Below, one piece after another: positions 35,954 through 44,542 of a DNA stretch of 64,000 bases (its first letter is position 1; each line of letters begins with the position of its first letter). A program made the position numbers and the translations under genes. The notes beneath the pieces were generated by a model. That model was not told the DNA's origin. It saw only the letters and a list, made by a program, of their open reading frames with translations, and did no database searches. This stretch comes from an uncultured Saprospiraceae bacterium (lineage in GTDB: Bacteria > Bacteroidota > Bacteroidia > Chitinophagales > Saprospiraceae). The stretch is taken from the NCBI GenBank assembly GCA_964385675.1, contig CAYLSF010000001.1, forward strand, positions 53,651-117,650. The letters are read 5' to 3'.

Positions 35954-36445
35954 TTAACTACCCTTAGATTTTTCTCTGTTTTTTATATATTCTACAGCAT
36001 TAGAATAATATTCTTCTATATCTTCATCGTTTACAACAGTGCCAATTCTTGCGGCGTACCAAGGAAGCCCTGGAGAATTAATAAGACCGGACAATTGAAC
36101 GGTTGTAAGATGGGCACAATATTTGTAATAAACGTCCTCTAAAAAGAAGCTTGTTTCCCGGTCTACTTTAACAGGATAGTCTTTCCACCTTGATATAGGT
36201 CCGGCGCCATATTCAACAAAATGTTCCATAACGGATGGAATAGAAGGACCATATTTTTGTTTCACTATAGCATCGTCAAAAAGCGGACTTTTGTTAAGCG
36301 CAAGATGAAACCCATGAGCAATAATACATAGTTTTACTAATTTAAGCAAGGACATATACTCATAGTCACGCTTAGCCCTTTCCAAAAACCATACAGAAAC
36401 TTCTACAGCAGTCATTTTTACTTGATTAGGATCTGAGATATTCAT
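35954..36445 (-). CDS. Panacea (DUF4065, SocA-like) antitoxin-domain protein
   Basis: VEVSVWFLERAK..MSLLKLVKLCIIAHGFHLALNKSPLFDDAIVKQKYGPSIPSVMEHF fits the DUF4065 pattern (LKLxKLxY..hG..L......LF.......GPV.p.v). Confidence 0.65.
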   Translation of the reverse strand: MNISDPNQVKMTAVEVSVWFLERAKRDYEYMSLLKLVKLCIIAHGFHLALNKSPLFDDAIVKQKYGPSIPSVMEHFVEYGAGPISRWKDYPVKVDRETSFFLEDVYYKYCAHLTTVQLSGLINSPGLPWYAARIGTVVNDEDIEEYYSNAVEYIKNREKSKGS

Positions 36446-36457
36446 CTTTTAAATTTC

Positions 36458-36805
36458 TTATCTACAATCATTATAAAAATCTATATAATCTAAATAACAT
36501 TTGGCTCCCTTGACAATATCAGAAATACTGTCTTTAGACCAAAAACAATAAACGTCTACTAAGTTTTCTAATTTATTTATTAAACTTAGATTATCACTTA
36601 AAATTCTTATTTTTCTAGGGTCTGTAATCCAAAAATTAGGTTGATTTAGTTCATCTGTAGATATTTGTGATGGTTCTATATAGATTTTACAATATGTTCC
36701 ATTACTATATCCTATGAGTTCTGAGGGAGTTAGGTACTTGTAAACCGTTTTTAGTTAGAGCAAACGGCAATTGCGGACTGAGGGCATCAGCGTAATAGCA
36801 TACAT
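36458..36805 (-). pseudogene. Interrupted ORF: 16-codon ATG-initiated segment, in-frame TAA, then 98 open codons without any ATG/GTG/TTG
   Basis: My translation is MYAITLMPSVRNCRLL*LKTVYKYLTPSELIGYSNGTYCKIYIEP..YLDYIDFYNDCR*. The TAA is at 36757..36755, next to an A5 run (36752..36748). The ORF ends 12 nt before the Panacea ATG. Confidence 0.4.
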
Positions 36806-36845
36806 ATTCTTCTTGTCCGTTTTTGAATTTATATAGCGCTAAAGA

Positions 36846-36916
36846 TCCTCGTCTCGGCTCTGCCCCGAGCTTTTCCCGGTACAAACGGGGAGTTTTGCTG
36901 ACTAAACTAACGAGGA
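36846..36916 (-). tRNA. tRNA-like cloverleaf, anticodon UGU (Thr), with non-canonical D and T loops
   Basis: GC-rich island. Acceptor TCCTCGT/ACGAGGA is 7 bp perfect, with U8 and A14 present, and the D stem is GTTT/AAAC. The anticodon stem CCCCG/CGGGA has one C-A mismatch and loop UU-UGU-AC. T stem is CTCGG/CCGAG and T-loop is GGCAGAG. 71 nt. Confidence 0.4.
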
Positions 36917-36922
36917 GCATAT

Positions 36923-36930
36923 ATTATACA
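36923..36930 (-). promoter_or_regulatory. TGTATAAT -10-like element placing a transcription start at the 5' end of the tRNA-like element
   Basis: Minus strand reads TGTATAAT-ATATGC-T(36916). The cloverleaf begins 7 nt after the -10. Confidence 0.35.
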
Positions 36931-37048
36931 TTACACACAGCTTGTTCGAATATTTATTGTGTATCACATATATGTGTTGCTTCGAACCTATATTTACGAG
37001 CCACAATGAGAATCCCTAGCAACTCTTCATATTTAATTATAATACACT

Positions 37049-37240
37049 TCAAAACCCTATAAATACTTTACTTGCAAAGTAAATTAGCCACATAAACATA
37101 ATGAGTACTATTCCGAAACATCCCATCATAGGAAAATCATAGTCTGATTTGGTTCTTGTAGACTCATAAACTATCATTCCAACAATCATACATATTGTAA
37201 TAAGCGTTGGAATTGTCCAAATACCTAGTGTTATGCTCAT
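37049..37240 (-). CDS. Small membrane protein
   Basis: 63 aa with two hydrophobic segments. Confidence 0.5.
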   Translation of the reverse strand: MSITLGIWTIPTLITICMIVGMIVYESTRTKSDYDFPMMGCFGIVLIMFMWLIYFASKVFIGF

Positions 37241-37262
37241 TTAATTTCCAATCGATTTAAAA

Positions 37263-37472
37263 TTAAGGTAACGGAAAACATTCGATATATACCACTGCAT
37301 TTTCAGGTCGTTTGTATGTCTCATAGAGCTTGCCATCTGGGCCTTCTATATAATACGGTATAGCATCACTATTAACTAGCTCATCTTCGTGGTATTCTTC
37401 AACATAACTAATCCACTCGTCTTCGGGTACATGTCTAGTTATAAACCCTTTTACTATTGTTTTTTGTATCAT
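37263..37472 (-). CDS. Hypothetical protein
   Basis: 69-aa ORF with AAGGAG 6 nt upstream of the ATG. Confidence 0.5.
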   Translation of the reverse strand: MIQKTIVKGFITRHVPEDEWISYVEEYHEDELVNSDAIPYYIEGPDGKLYETYKRPENAVVYIECFPLP

Positions 37473-37535
37473 ATTAACTCCTTGGCCGATACAGCAATGA
37501 TTTGGTTTAGTTTAGTCATGTAGAAACTCTTAAGA

Positions 37536-37757
37536 TTAACGTTTGATAAAAAATCTAATACTTTTAAGTATACTGTACGATACCAAGATAAGAATCGTAA
37601 CAGGGATATAAATTGGATATGCTAAAGTAGACAACAAAAGGTCTATGTCATTGGGGCTGCTTTTCACTAGTATCGGGAATAAATATCTGTTAAATAGAAT
37701 AGAAAATACTATGCCTATTAATAGGTAAACCGTTAGAAATATTATGCTATTAGCCAT
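37536..37757 (-). CDS. Small membrane protein
   Basis: 73 aa with two hydrophobic segments. Confidence 0.5.
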   Translation of the reverse strand: MANSIIFLTVYLLIGIVFSILFNRYLFPILVKSSPNDIDLLLSTLAYPIYIPVTILILVSYSILKSIRFFIKR

Positions 37758-38677
37758 TTAACCGCCTCTGTATTGTGCCATGCTTCTTCTGAGTAATATT
37801 TATTATAATAATCTTTAGCAGCCTGAGAACATAAAGCATAAAAATCAGAGTCTTGTTTTAATTCTCTAGCTATTTTTCTTGCTAAGACAAGGTTTCCTTG
37901 TTCTACTGTAGTATATGGATGTAGTTCCTTTTGAGTAGAAGAATTTTTATATCCAATACAAGGTATACCAAAATAAGCACAATTTAATTGAAAGGTGCCA
38001 GCGGCATACTCTCTCATCAAATGCACGCCATATTTAAATGCTGATAAAGTAGACATCCAATTTGACCAGTTTGCAAATGGTAAATATTGCACTTTTTTAT
38101 TAATTACTCGCTCATTATCATGTCTTCGGCCCATAGTTGGCGCCCAAACATTTTCTCCTAATTGAGACGCTATAACATACGAATCTGCTCCACCATACCA
38201 TCTAGTAAAATTTCCTCCTATAATGGGATCAGGTAATTGAAGCCTTGTCTCTTTAGGTATGGCATCTTCTATCATCAGTGACTGTAGATGTAAAACATTT
38301 TTTGTTGGCAATAGCCCTGCATAATAATTTATATCACTTTTATTATGGCATAGGAGAGCATCGGCCTGGGACAAAAGCTTTAAATATGTTTCTTGTTTAT
38401 CCGTTTCCCATTCATGCCAATAATTATTTGCTCCTTCTTGCATAAAAGCTAACTTATTACAGTTGTCTTTAATGCGAGCTACAACATCTACAATATTGTA
38501 ATTCCAGTTTTTAGGTAGAATTACTACCCCTGTAGTGTACGTATTGTCGTTAATTTTGCCAAGGTTTTGATGGTCTGCATTTAAACTGCATTGCCATGCA
38601 AATTCTGTGCGCATATTACAAAAAGTTCTAGCAACTTTTCCAAAATGCGTATTTTCCGAAAAGAAACAAATACTCAT
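37742..38677 (-). CDS. Hypothetical protein, last gene of the glycosylation operon (possible glycosyltransferase)
   Basis: 311 aa with a 4-nt overlap to the upstream gene. No clear motif. Confidence 0.45.
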   Translation of the reverse strand: MSICFFSENTHFGKVARTFCNMRTEFAWQCSLNADHQNLGKINDNTYTTGVVILPKNWNYNIVDVVARIKDNCNKLAFMQEGANNYWHEWETDKQETYLKLLSQADALLCHNKSDINYYAGLLPTKNVLHLQSLMIEDAIPKETRLQLPDPIIGGNFTRWYGGADSYVIASQLGENVWAPTMGRRHDNERVINKKVQYLPFANWSNWMSTLSAFKYGVHLMREYAAGTFQLNCAYFGIPCIGYKNSSTQKELHPYTTVEQGNLVLARKIARELKQDSDFYALCSQAAKDYYNKYYSEEAWHNTEAVKWLIA

Positions 38678-39339
38678 AATACTATATTAAATATATTTTT
38701 GCAGTGTTGTGATATATCTAAATCCATAGATTTTACTATCTTTTTATATAGATTTGGATTTTCCTGTTTTATTTCCAAAAATCTTGTATTAACATTATTA
38801 TCGATACGACCAAATGATGAGCCTTGTCCCTCTTTGCTTTTTGGTGGCGCGAATGTCCAAGGTATATGTTTTTTTAAATGCAATAAAGACTCTATTTGCT
38901 TGAGATAGTCTTTATCATATATTAACTTATTATATATAAGACATTTTTCTGGATACATTTCGTATAGTTTTATATATTCTTTCCAAACGTCAATAGCATC
39001 TCTGTTTCTTTCTTTGTTGTGTCTTTGTCTAGCGGAATCTATTCCCCTTTTTGATTTTAGTCTGGATGCAGCTATATTTGGCCAGTCTCTTAAAATAAAA
39101 AGGGTGTCTTTGTTTTGTAGTTCTTCTATTGACGGTTCGAAATCTTCGTAAGAAAATATTTCACATACAGGCTTTACTTTTGTATTTCCATATTTATGTT
39201 TGCTCCATATAAAAGTGGGGTTTGGGTATCCTATGCAATCATTATAATGGATCGTGCATTCAAAATGTTTTGCTATCCATTCTATAATAGCGTGATTTCC
39301 TGATCTTCTTAGGCCAAAAATTTTAAATGATTTCTGCAC
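38674..39339 (-). CDS. Hypothetical protein, weakly sulfotransferase-like
   Basis: N-terminal FGLRRSGNHAIIEW resembles a PAPS-binding 5'-PSB loop. This is weak evidence only. Confidence 0.3.
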   Translation of the reverse strand: MQKSFKIFGLRRSGNHAIIEWIAKHFECTIHYNDCIGYPNPTFIWSKHKYGNTKVKPVCEIFSYEDFEPSIEELQNKDTLFILRDWPNIAASRLKSKRGIDSARQRHNKERNRDAIDVWKEYIKLYEMYPEKCLIYNKLIYDKDYLKQIESLLHLKKHIPWTFAPPKSKEGQGSSFGRIDNNVNTRFLEIKQENPNLYKKIVKSMDLDISQHCKNIFNIVL

Positions 39340-40144
39340 AGGCTATACCTTCTTCGCCTCTGTATGAGTAATAAATAAACTTTTTATTATCTGTGTTTAA
39401 GATAAACGGATCTCTTATCTCTGTGTTCCCAATCCTGGCCCCCGGTCTACTAGGTTCACATCTTAATGCTACTTCAAATCCTTCAGGCTTCATAAAAATA
39501 CTACTTTTTTCGGGTGAATCTATATTGTTAAATTTTATAGATCTAATATGCTCTGGACAATCACCTATTCTTGTATAATACACTGTATCAGTTTTACTGT
39601 CATAGCATGCATGTCTCATATTTGGTAAGACATGTTTTTTTGATTTTCCAAAAAAATCACACAACATCCCCCCGATATTTTCATTCTTGTATAGAAGACA
39701 TGGTGAGCCTATTGATCTTGAGATATATCTAGCATAAAATTGAACTTGGGGAAACTCATAGTGATGTTCAAACTTACGCAAATCTTTTGTAATGTAGCAT
39801 CTGGTTTCCTGTCTACCTTTAGTCACGCCGTGTATCAGTACTGAAATGTCATTTGTTCCTACTATAACATCAGGACTAGCTACATGATCTTTTAATTCTG
39901 GTAATGTATCAACCTTTAATATTGTGTTTTGCGAAACTCGCCATCCATAATGAGGTTCATTTGAATAAGCGACCCTAATAGAGTCTCCTCTATGATGGGC
40001 AAAAAGCATAATATATCTACTGCGCCCAGGTAAAAAATTAGGTCTTTCAAAAACGCATGGACCGTTAATATTAGATGAGTCTATATTTTTTGGTATGCTA
40101 TTTGGCGTGATAACTGGCCCGTGTCTTTTAATGGTTGATGACAT
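39323..40144 (-). CDS. Hypothetical protein in glycosylation operon
   Basis: 273 aa. GPVITP..YIMLFAHH..IRVAYS is faintly reminiscent of beta-propeller glycoside hydrolases or phosphorylases. Confidence 0.4.
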   Translation of the reverse strand: MSSTIKRHGPVITPNSIPKNIDSSNINGPCVFERPNFLPGRSRYIMLFAHHRGDSIRVAYSNEPHYGWRVSQNTILKVDTLPELKDHVASPDVIVGTNDISVLIHGVTKGRQETRCYITKDLRKFEHHYEFPQVQFYARYISRSIGSPCLLYKNENIGGMLCDFFGKSKKHVLPNMRHACYDSKTDTVYYTRIGDCPEHIRSIKFNNIDSPEKSSIFMKPEGFEVALRCEPSRPGARIGNTEIRDPFILNTDNKKFIYYSYRGEEGIACAEII

Positions 40145-41087
40145 TATCTATAGTTGTAATTAATTGGAGGTAGTTGTTATATCCTCTATCTCGAATATTT
40201 TTTTCCTTGTCTATCACAGGATATATTGGCGCACCAGACAATTTTCTATAGTATGACTGTTCATCAAAATATCCTTCTCTAATCTCTTTTCCTGTAGTAG
40301 TATATATAATATTAGGCACTTGAAAATAACTACCCAGAATTCCTACCCCTCCAGCTATAGATATAAATGCAGAGCTTTTACTAAATACTCTTAGCTGTGA
40401 TTCATTATAAGAGCAGTCTGCATTATTAATAATATCTTTTAGTAAAAAGACTCCTGTAGTTTCTCTAGCCAGTTCCAAATCTGTTTGTTGTGATTTCGGA
40501 TCTCTGATGTGTAAATCATCTTTTAAAGTATCTTTTTCTCCTTCGTCGTTTGGAAAATCGGAGTTGATGGGACGATGATAAACAATATCATACCCCTTGC
40601 TTTTTAATAAGGTAAAAATATTTTTGAGAGCGCCATATCTAATAAATCCCGTTGGAGATCTTCCGTGTTCATAATTAAATCTATTTAGAATAGTTACAAA
40701 CTTGGTAGGGGCGTCAATAAACTTATCTTGATAATATTTTTTGTAGTTTGGTGGGCTCCATTTAGAATAGTCTAATACTCCATTTGCTTTAATTTGTTCA
40801 TCTTGTGAACAGTCTGAATAGTCTTTGTTAAACAATGACCAGCAATTATGATGTAACCAATTGTTTGGTAGTCTATCAAGGCCTGCTAGATTATTATTAT
40901 GCGTTCTGTGATTAAATTTTTCTTCAACATTATCCGCAAAAAAATAGAAAGGTTTCATATCATGGCATGTGATTACTTTATTTAATTGATTATTTTTATG
41001 TAGATAATGTACATATGGCGTCATTAAAACTAGTTCTATCCCAAACTCTGGATTACCGGAAATAGTCAATTTAGTTGAGGCAGACAT
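40128..41087 (-). CDS. Hypothetical protein in glycosylation operon
   Basis: 319-aa ORF with 17-nt overlaps on both sides. Confidence 0.45.
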   Translation of the reverse strand: MSASTKLTISGNPEFGIELVLMTPYVHYLHKNNQLNKVITCHDMKPFYFFADNVEEKFNHRTHNNNLAGLDRLPNNWLHHNCWSLFNKDYSDCSQDEQIKANGVLDYSKWSPPNYKKYYQDKFIDAPTKFVTILNRFNYEHGRSPTGFIRYGALKNIFTLLKSKGYDIVYHRPINSDFPNDEGEKDTLKDDLHIRDPKSQQTDLELARETTGVFLLKDIINNADCSYNESQLRVFSKSSAFISIAGGVGILGSYFQVPNIIYTTTGKEIREGYFDEQSYYRKLSGAPIYPVIDKEKNIRDRGYNNYLQLITTIDNVINH

Positions 41088-42009
41088 TTAAAATTTTATC
41101 TATTCTATTGGTGGTTTGGTGCGATGCTTTTGTTTCTAACAAAGATTTATGAGCTAGGTCTTTAGATATATCAGGATTAGACGCATAATATGCCGCTTTA
41201 GTAAGTACATCTTCTGTAGAATACCTATCATAATAAGCTATATTTTTAACGCTATTTGGCAGCTGTGGGGTTATATCGTTCATAACGCAACAGCCACATG
41301 CCATAGCTTCAAATAGTCGCATATCTCCTTCCCATGGCTCTGGATTGCAGTTAATCAAAATTTTAGTGTTTAGCAATAAACGATGATAGGGTTCACTTAA
41401 ACACTGTCTTGCTGACCTACCTCCTTGAGAAACTAAACCTATTTGTTTTTTGTATTGTTTTAAAAAATTGGATTGTTGTACAGCAAAAGCTATAGCGTTT
41501 CTTCGTGTGATTCTGGGGATAGGAGGAAATAATATAGAAATATCAATGGGTCGATTAGCCCAGTTTACTTCTTGAGCTATTTCTAAATCTGGGCGCACAC
41601 AATAGGGTAAATGATAGACTTGTCTGTTATAGGCTACGAGTTTATTTTCTACTAAGTCTGAAGTGCTTCTTTTGAAGTAAAACTTGGCGTTGTCTGGCAT
41701 TAACCTGATAGGATTATCGTCGTAGTCTATGATTGCAGATTTATCAGGATATAAAATTTGTGAAGTTTCTGCTCTAATATTTGCCCATAATTTTCTAGTA
41801 TTATAATGAGTAGACCAACACATTTTATTTCTAGTTGAAAATAAACATAAATCTGCTTCTTCTTGAGTTGGCACTTCTAGAGTTTCTTTATGTTTGTCTA
41901 TACTGTCTTGTATAATTTTGAAATCTTCACCATACAAATCAAAGTCTGGATCTATTTGTTTACATTGTTTGTAACATTCATCATTTTTATAAAGAAAAAT
42001 GCGTATCAT
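41071..42009 (-). CDS. Glycosyltransferase (GT1/CgeB-like C-terminal domain)
   Basis: RLFEAMACGCCVMND is typical of the GT-B donor-binding helix. Confidence 0.55.
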   Translation of the reverse strand: MIRIFLYKNDECYKQCKQIDPDFDLYGEDFKIIQDSIDKHKETLEVPTQEEADLCLFSTRNKMCWSTHYNTRKLWANIRAETSQILYPDKSAIIDYDDNPIRLMPDNAKFYFKRSTSDLVENKLVAYNRQVYHLPYCVRPDLEIAQEVNWANRPIDISILFPPIPRITRRNAIAFAVQQSNFLKQYKKQIGLVSQGGRSARQCLSEPYHRLLLNTKILINCNPEPWEGDMRLFEAMACGCCVMNDITPQLPNSVKNIAYYDRYSTEDVLTKAAYYASNPDISKDLAHKSLLETKASHQTTNRIDKILNVCLN

Positions 42010-42857
42010 ATAAGCTGTGCTATTTCTTCAATTGTGTATTGATCTACTTCATTACTAAAAGTTTTACCATCCATTGTTTCATGCATATTTTCTTCTGAGC
42101 TTAAATTGTTTATTATTACTGTGGGCTCAATATGCTCTTTTCTATATTTTTCAATTAATGCTTTGTTTAGATTGCCTAAGCTCATAGCTTTCATTTGTGG
42201 TACAATCGGCTTTGCATTCGTACCATTTTCAATAGCATTAAAAATTAAATCTATCGCTTCGTTAACAGGCCAAAAAAATCTAGTTGCATTAGGATTGTTC
42301 AAGATTAAAGGTTTGTTTCTCCTGATGCATTCTCTCCATTTGCAAAGAACAGATCCTGTGCTATATAAGACATTTCCATATCTTACAACTCGATACTTAG
42401 TATCTTGATTTATACTTTCATATTCTTGGAATAGTTTTTCCATTAGGTATTTACTAGATCCGTACACACCTTTAAGTTGCGCTGCCTTATCTGTAGAGAT
42501 TCCTACTACTAATTCACATTTATTTGATTTACTAGTTTCCAGTATGTTGATTGTGCCATTAATATTTGTTTGTATACATTGATAGGGATTAGACTCTGCT
42601 ATTCCTACATGCTTCATAGCCGCTAAATGAAATACTATATCTATATTTTGCATAGCCTTCTGAACGTAATAATAGTCTGCAATATCTCCTGGCAGTATAT
42701 TTATACTAGGAAATTGTTCTTTTAAGCTAACAAGATTTCCTTCATTTCTGGCTAGCACTGTTATTTTGTTATTATCGACTAATCTTTCGATTAAAGGCTT
42801 TCCTAAAAATCCTGATCCGCCAGTTATAAGTATATTTTTATTTTTAATTTGCATCAA
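42006..42857 (-). CDS. NAD(P)-dependent nucleotide-sugar 4,6-dehydratase/epimerase (CapD/PseB-like)
   Basis: Rossmann ILITGGSGFLG, the STDKA signature (ISTDKAAQ) and YGSSK (YxxxK). Confidence 0.75.
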   Translation of the reverse strand: MMQIKNKNILITGGSGFLGKPLIERLVDNNKITVLARNEGNLVSLKEQFPSINILPGDIADYYYVQKAMQNIDIVFHLAAMKHVGIAESNPYQCIQTNINGTINILETSKSNKCELVVGISTDKAAQLKGVYGSSKYLMEKLFQEYESINQDTKYRVVRYGNVLYSTGSVLCKWRECIRRNKPLILNNPNATRFFWPVNEAIDLIFNAIENGTNAKPIVPQMKAMSLGNLNKALIEKYRKEHIEPTVIINNLSSEENMHETMDGKTFSNEVDQYTIEEIAQLI

Positions 42858-43821
42858 AAACGTCTTTCCATCCTAGGGGCTTATAATTTGGATCAAATAA
42901 ATGTTGTAAATTTTTGTTTGAGTACTCGTTTGCTATTTTATACCATTGATGGCACGCTCTGAGTTTGCCTAAATCTGTTTTATCTTTGACTAACTCTTCA
43001 CCTAAAATATCTGATCTTTTATCAGGGTGTTTTCTATTATGAACTAGTAATAAATCTTTAAATAAATATTGATTTAAATTATGATGCCTACAAAGCATCA
43101 TAAATCCTGTGTCTTCTGACACAAAAAAGGCATAGTCTTTAGGCACATTAAGGCCGTTTTTGATTACGTCTGATGATATTACTAGGCCACAACCATTAAA
43201 CTGTGGAGTGTTCATCTTATAATAGGAATATTGATAATCTTTATTCCATTCTTCCATTTCGTCATACGACATTTTATACCGAAGGCTCCAGTAGTTTTTG
43301 GTATCGCCCTCTATAAATGGTTTTCCTTGGAATTTTGAGAATGTTAAAACATCCCAAGATTTGTCCCACATAACAGCGCCTCCCCAAAACGCAATAAAAT
43401 TGGGGTCTATATCATATTTTTCATGATAAAGTTTTGCAATAGATATAAATGTTTGACTGGGGACAACCATGTCTGTCTCCCCCCACATCAATACATCGGA
43501 TAGCTCAGAATATTTTTGGTTAAAATCGTACCTATAGTCTGCTACTGTATAGATATCGTCTATATTTACTCTGTAATTTACATCAAGACTGTAGTTTAAA
43601 ACGTATTGATGCATCAAACTTAGAAGTTTTGTCGATATTTCTCCTGGGCTTTTAGAACATTTTTCTAAGTCTTGATTCATATTGAAGACAAAATCAATTA
43701 TGACTTTCCCATCATAATTATTTATTGCCTTAGATAAGGATGATACATACTCTTCAAAAATGTTATGTTCGTACCACTGAACTAAACATCCAATAGCAAT
43801 CGTGGGAAATTTATTTTGCAT
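42844..43821 (-). CDS. Putative GT-A-fold glycosyltransferase
   Basis: N-terminal beta-strand TIAIGCLVQWYE and the acidic motif WGETDMVVP. Confidence 0.4.
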   Translation of the reverse strand: MQNKFPTIAIGCLVQWYEHNIFEEYVSSLSKAINNYDGKVIIDFVFNMNQDLEKCSKSPGEISTKLLSLMHQYVLNYSLDVNYRVNIDDIYTVADYRYDFNQKYSELSDVLMWGETDMVVPSQTFISIAKLYHEKYDIDPNFIAFWGGAVMWDKSWDVLTFSKFQGKPFIEGDTKNYWSLRYKMSYDEMEEWNKDYQYSYYKMNTPQFNGCGLVISSDVIKNGLNVPKDYAFFVSEDTGFMMLCRHHNLNQYLFKDLLLVHNRKHPDKRSDILGEELVKDKTDLGKLRACHQWYKIANEYSNKNLQHLFDPNYKPLGWKDVFDAN

Positions 43822-44542
43822 AATGTTGATATAATTTTTCCATCCAATATTTTGGAGAAGGTTTTACTCCACAGTTAAAATGAAATATATCTCCCATATC
43901 TGACCAAAACAAATCCTCGTCATTCAGACAGTTTCTACGTGGAAGATCCTGTATATTATAGATATATGGCAATCTATTTACTGTGATGTTTCTATGTTTT
44001 AGAAATAAATTAAAGATGGTCTGATCTTGTCCCATCCCCAGTTTATCCGTTAAGTTATAAATTTTATCTTTATTATTACGGACGAATTGTAAAAAATCTT
44101 GGAGAGTTGGACTGATAATTTTATCAACTATTATTAGACCAGTATTGAAATAGTTGTGGTAGTCTAGTGAAATACTTTTAAAAATATTGTGGGCCAAAGA
44201 GCAGTTTTCTATAGTCCTGCATACCCATTCTAAGGAGCCGAAATTTGGCACAGCTGATATAGTTTTATTTTGGCATATAACTTGTTCTAAATCTGAGTTT
44301 GGTCTTATAATAGTATCAGCATCTACTACACACAAAGTTTTATACTTTTTAAATAGAGATTCTAGATCGTATTTTAGAAATTGTGGTCTCAAATCATTAT
44401 TTTTGGTAATTCTTATATAGTCTAGCGCTGGTTTATCTTTAACATAATTCTCAAAAGACTTTGTGTGTATTTCATACCCCTGCAGCACGCTTCTTTCTGA
44501 TTCTATCTGCACACTGACTATTGCATTTTTAGCTTCTTTCAC
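43811..44542 (-). CDS. Glycosyltransferase family 8-like
   Basis: VVDADTII (DxD), FNTGLIIVD and GQDQTIFN, the GT8 motif order. Confidence 0.6.
   Translation of the reverse strand: MKEAKNAIVSVQIESERSVLQGYEIHTKSFENYVKDKPALDYIRITKNNDLRPQFLKYDLESLFKKYKTLCVVDADTIIRPNSDLEQVICQNKTISAVPNFGSLEWVCRTIENCSLAHNIFKSISLDYHNYFNTGLIIVDKIISPTLQDFLQFVRNNKDKIYNLTDKLGMGQDQTIFNLFLKHRNITVNRLPYIYNIQDLPRRNCLNDEDLFWSDMGDIFHFNCGVKPSPKYWMEKLYQHYAK

Noticed and set aside
36755-36757. In-frame TAA as evidence for stop-codon reassignment (alternative genetic code).
   Set aside because: TAA closes many well-supported genes in this window, including nrdJ, 19662..20444's upstream neighbour and 48262..48465. Neither cloverleaf has a UUA anticodon. 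A genome-wide recoding is therefore not supported.
36705-36920. Track ORF MLLVSLVSKTPRLYREKLGAEPRRGS.. taken as an ordinary protein gene.
   Set aside because: Its first 25 codons are the GC-rich perfect cloverleaf. Its ATG lies upstream of the predicted transcript start. It ends in a frame different from the long open frame that follows. It is more likely a by-product of the tRNA-like element, or one half of a frameshifted gene (see finding).
36981-37028. 48-nt segment GTTGCT..GGTTCGAAGCAAC containing a T-loop-like GGTTCGAA, considered as a third tRNA.
   Set aside because: It is too short for a tRNA. There is no room for a T-stem 3' strand or for an anticodon arm. Only a 6-bp terminal helix forms.
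36720-37040. Group I self-splicing intern hypothesis, i.e. a group I intron explaining the start-less downstream ORF.
   Set aside because: I could not find the conserved P/Q/R/S core or a P7 G-binding pocket. The only candidate upstream exon would be four codons (MKSC). The structured part folds better as a 71-nt cloverleaf. This is not fully excluded without a covariance-model search.
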